Shown one piece after another: positions 61,905-64,000 of a DNA stretch of 64,000 bases. The notes under the pieces were generated by a model. The model ran no database searches. It was not told the DNA's origin and was given only the letters and a program-made list of their open reading frames with translations. Position 1 is the first letter of the stretch. Every line of letters starts with the position of its first letter. Made by a program: the position numbers and the translations under genes. The stretch spans positions 98,214-162,213 of the forward strand of contig JAHDYR010000053.1 in assembly GCA_019828565.1 (NCBI GenBank), written 5' to 3'. Source of the stretch: Carpediemonas membranifera BICM (taxonomy: Eukaryota; Protista; Fornicata).

Positions 61905-64000
61905 TGTCGGTTTGGTATCCCTTACCGAGCAGTTTAGAGACCTCTGGAAGATAGATATGATATTTATATCTCAGGATTCGACACCTCTGTGTCGAATCCC
62001 GTTTGACTACTAAAGTTCTTTTGTCATAAGAGACCACAATACTAGTATTTTCCATCTAATGACGAAACACAATGAGACCTATGATAGAAATGGGCCCGTT
62101 CTCGACGAGCCCGACATCAGCGCGCTGTTTAGATTCAATGAACAGCTGGAGCGCCACGTGCGCCAGGGCGGTTCCTCCAAGTTGCTCAAACGCATTGGCC
62201 CCGCAGTATACGCGTACTCCTCTTCATGTGGCGTCGATCTGCTGAGCGTCTACTCCGACGCCAAGTACACGGTCCGGACCCCCCCGTCAGACGACGAGGA
62301 CGCGACCTTCGGACCCACTATCCGCCTCAAGGTACGCAACAGTACTGCATCCAGGGAGAGAGCCGTGCTCAACGCCCTCGGGCGCGTCCTCAGGCCGACC
62401 GAAGTTGAGCTCCAACGCCAGCTACTCAAGCTTTCATATGACGAATTCCCCCATGTTGGGCGCTTCGCCCTGTTCGTCGATAGATTCCAACGTCGTCTGT
62501 CGCTCTTGGACCCAGAGCTATCGGAGAGGAGCATCCATGACCTCTTCGTGGGATCCATCCGCCACGAGGAGCTCCGCGCCCAGGTCGAGGGCGTCACCGC
62601 CGGCCTCCCCCTGGGGGAGGTCTTCCCCCGGGCCAGCGCCCTCATCCGGCGCTTGTATGAGGCGTCTTCGCTCAGCCGCCCCTTTGCTCAAACGACCGTC
62701 AGACGCGAGGAGAACAGCGGCCGCCAGGGTAAGCACAAGCGAAACCGGCCCCCGCCGAGTGGCCGCGACAAGCGGGTCCGACCGGAGCGCGACCGCTCTG
62801 CTCCCGTCCATACTGGAGCCAAGCCCGACGTCTCCAGACCCACATGCTTCAACTGTGGCAAGCCTGGCCACAAGTCGTTCGAGTGCCGTAAGCCCAAGAC
62901 GCGCTGCGAGAAGTGTGGGAAGGACGGACACCTGGCACAGTTCTGTAAGCCCAGTGTAAATCCGTCCTCCTATTTAACTCCCGCAACCGTCAAGACAACC
63001 CCTCAGGTGTGGACCGTAATTTCTGGTGGTCCCAACCTTCCGGTAGTATCGGCAGATATCACCGCACAATGTGGAGAGTCCGTGACTTGGAAGCTCGTGC
63101 TATATGACTGCGGCGCAGATGTCTGCTTGGTCAACCCCGACAAGGCCGTGTTGGCGGGCCTAACGCCGACTAAGTTGCCTGTACCGATCAAGATCAAGAG
63201 CCCTGGCGGGTACATCACGGCTCACACGTCTTATGAGATTCCTCTTCACATGGCCAAGTCCCCCATGACTCCAAAGGGACTCAGGGACACGGTCACAGCA
63301 TACGGAGTTCCCAGCGACTACGACCTGGTTCTCAGCTATGGTATCATGGTTGCGTGGGGCATCCTGCCATCCCTTGGCGCCGAGTCAGACGAGGTGGACG
63401 GCGACGCAGAGCTACCTGAACTTGACTCTCCCGAGCGTCAGCTTTACACACTCTCTAGCACTTCACAGTCACTGCAGGACCGACTAGTGGCACGTTACGC
63501 TGATACGTTTAAGCCCCGAGTCGGATTCAGCAAGCTGGAGCCTTACGACTTAGTCCTTCGGGACAACCGAGTTGTCTCGAGTCGACCCTATTATATACCT
63601 CCGCCGAAGGAGCCATTGGTACAAGCGCACATCGACGAGCTCCTACAGAAACGCTTCATCGAAGCATCCTTCTCGCCGTACTCGTCCCCCACGATCATCG
63701 TTCCCAAGGGGAAGGACAAGACGAGATTCGTGGTAGACTTCAGGCGGATTAACGACCTAACCGACCCTTTCGACTATCCAATCCCTAAGATTGACGAGTG
63801 TCTCGCCCGTCTCGCGGGTTCCAAGATCTTTGCGACACTCGACCTGTCGAGCGGTTATCATCAGGTGGAACTCACCGAGCGCTCACGTCCCTTAACCGCG
63901 TTCAATACGCCTATGGGGAAGTATCATTACACGGGAATGCCGTTCGGTCTCAAGAATGCTGGTGCCCATTTCCAGTGGGCGATGGAGACCGCTTTCGGCG
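61905..64000 (+). mobile_element. Ty3/gypsy element F: ~134-bp LTR (61905-62038), continues beyond the window
   Basis: TG..CA segment interrupting the RNase H of E, followed by the palindrome and a gag-pol ORF. Confidence 0.88.
62059..64000 (+). CDS. pol: Element F gag-pol, open to the window end (absent from the ORF track)
   Basis: ATG at 62059; two CCHC knuckles; YDCGAD protease; FVVDFRRIN, LDLSSGYHQV and MPFGLKNA all in the same frame. Confidence 0.92.
   Translation, partial: MTKHNETYDRNGPVLDEPDISALFRFNEQLERHVRQGGSSKLLKRIGPAVYAYSSSCGVDLLSVYSDAKYTVRTPPSDDEDATFGPTIRLKVRNSTASRERAVLNALGRVLRPTEVELQRQLLKLSYDEFPHVGRFALFVDRFQRRLSLLDPELSERSIHDLFVGSIRHEELRAQVEGVTAGLPLGEVFPRASALIRRLYEASSLSRPFAQTTVRREENSGRQGKHKRNRPPPSGRDKRVRPERDRSAPVHTGAKPDVSRPTCFNCGKPGHKSFECRKPKTRCEKCGKDGHLAQFCKPSVNPSSYLTPATVKTTPQVWTVISGGPNLPVVSADITAQCGESVTWKLVLYDCGADVCLVNPDKAVLAGLTPTKLPVPIKIKSPGGYITAHTSYEIPLHMAKSPMTPKGLRDTVTAYGVPSDYDLVLSYGIMVAWGILPSLGAESDEVDGDAELPELDSPERQLYTLSSTSQSLQDRLVARYADTFKPRVGFSKLEPYDLVLRDNRVVSSRPYYIPPPKEPLVQAHIDELLQKRFIEASFSPYSSPTIIVPKGKDKTRFVVDFRRINDLTDPFDYPIPKIDECLARLAGSKIFATLDLSSGYHQVELTERSRPLTAFNTPMGKYHYTGMPFGLKNAGAHFQWAMETAFG

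Overview
Eukaryotic (probably protist) DNA made up entirely of nested transposable elements; I found no host gene. Removing each insertion and its target-site duplication (TSD) restores in-frame host ORFs, which gives this nesting. A DIRS-like element (58836-59866) hosts an APE-RT LINE (-) and Ty3/gypsy element E, and E hosts F. Gypsy D (-; 18182-54579) sits 3' of the LINE ORF and hosts DNA transposon T3 (43941-53350) and gypsy A (19246-42130). A hosts gypsy B (20017-24375), DNA transposon T2 (25249-38057) and gag-only C (40224-41586). At the left, T0 (<1-9744, carrying a transposase) is inserted in T1 (<1-14089). Highlights: (1) all six LTR elements have very short LTRs (56-134 bp), and a different palindrome abuts the 5' LTR where a tRNA primer-binding site should be (perfect 12-14 bp in five, near-perfect 10 bp in E); (2) a family of 9-14 kb CMC-like DNA transposons with CATRCWGT termini and 2-bp TSDs carries shuffled OTU-protease, HEPN, PHD and dead tyrosine-recombinase cargo, plus a G-rich VNTR / twin-hairpin / C-rich VNTR module; (3) a large ORF contains a Maelstrom-like DEDDh/ECHC nuclease domain and may be 3' cargo of the LINE. 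Many frameshifts fall in homopolymers and may be long-read consensus errors. Domain calls come from motif recognition by eye, not database searches.
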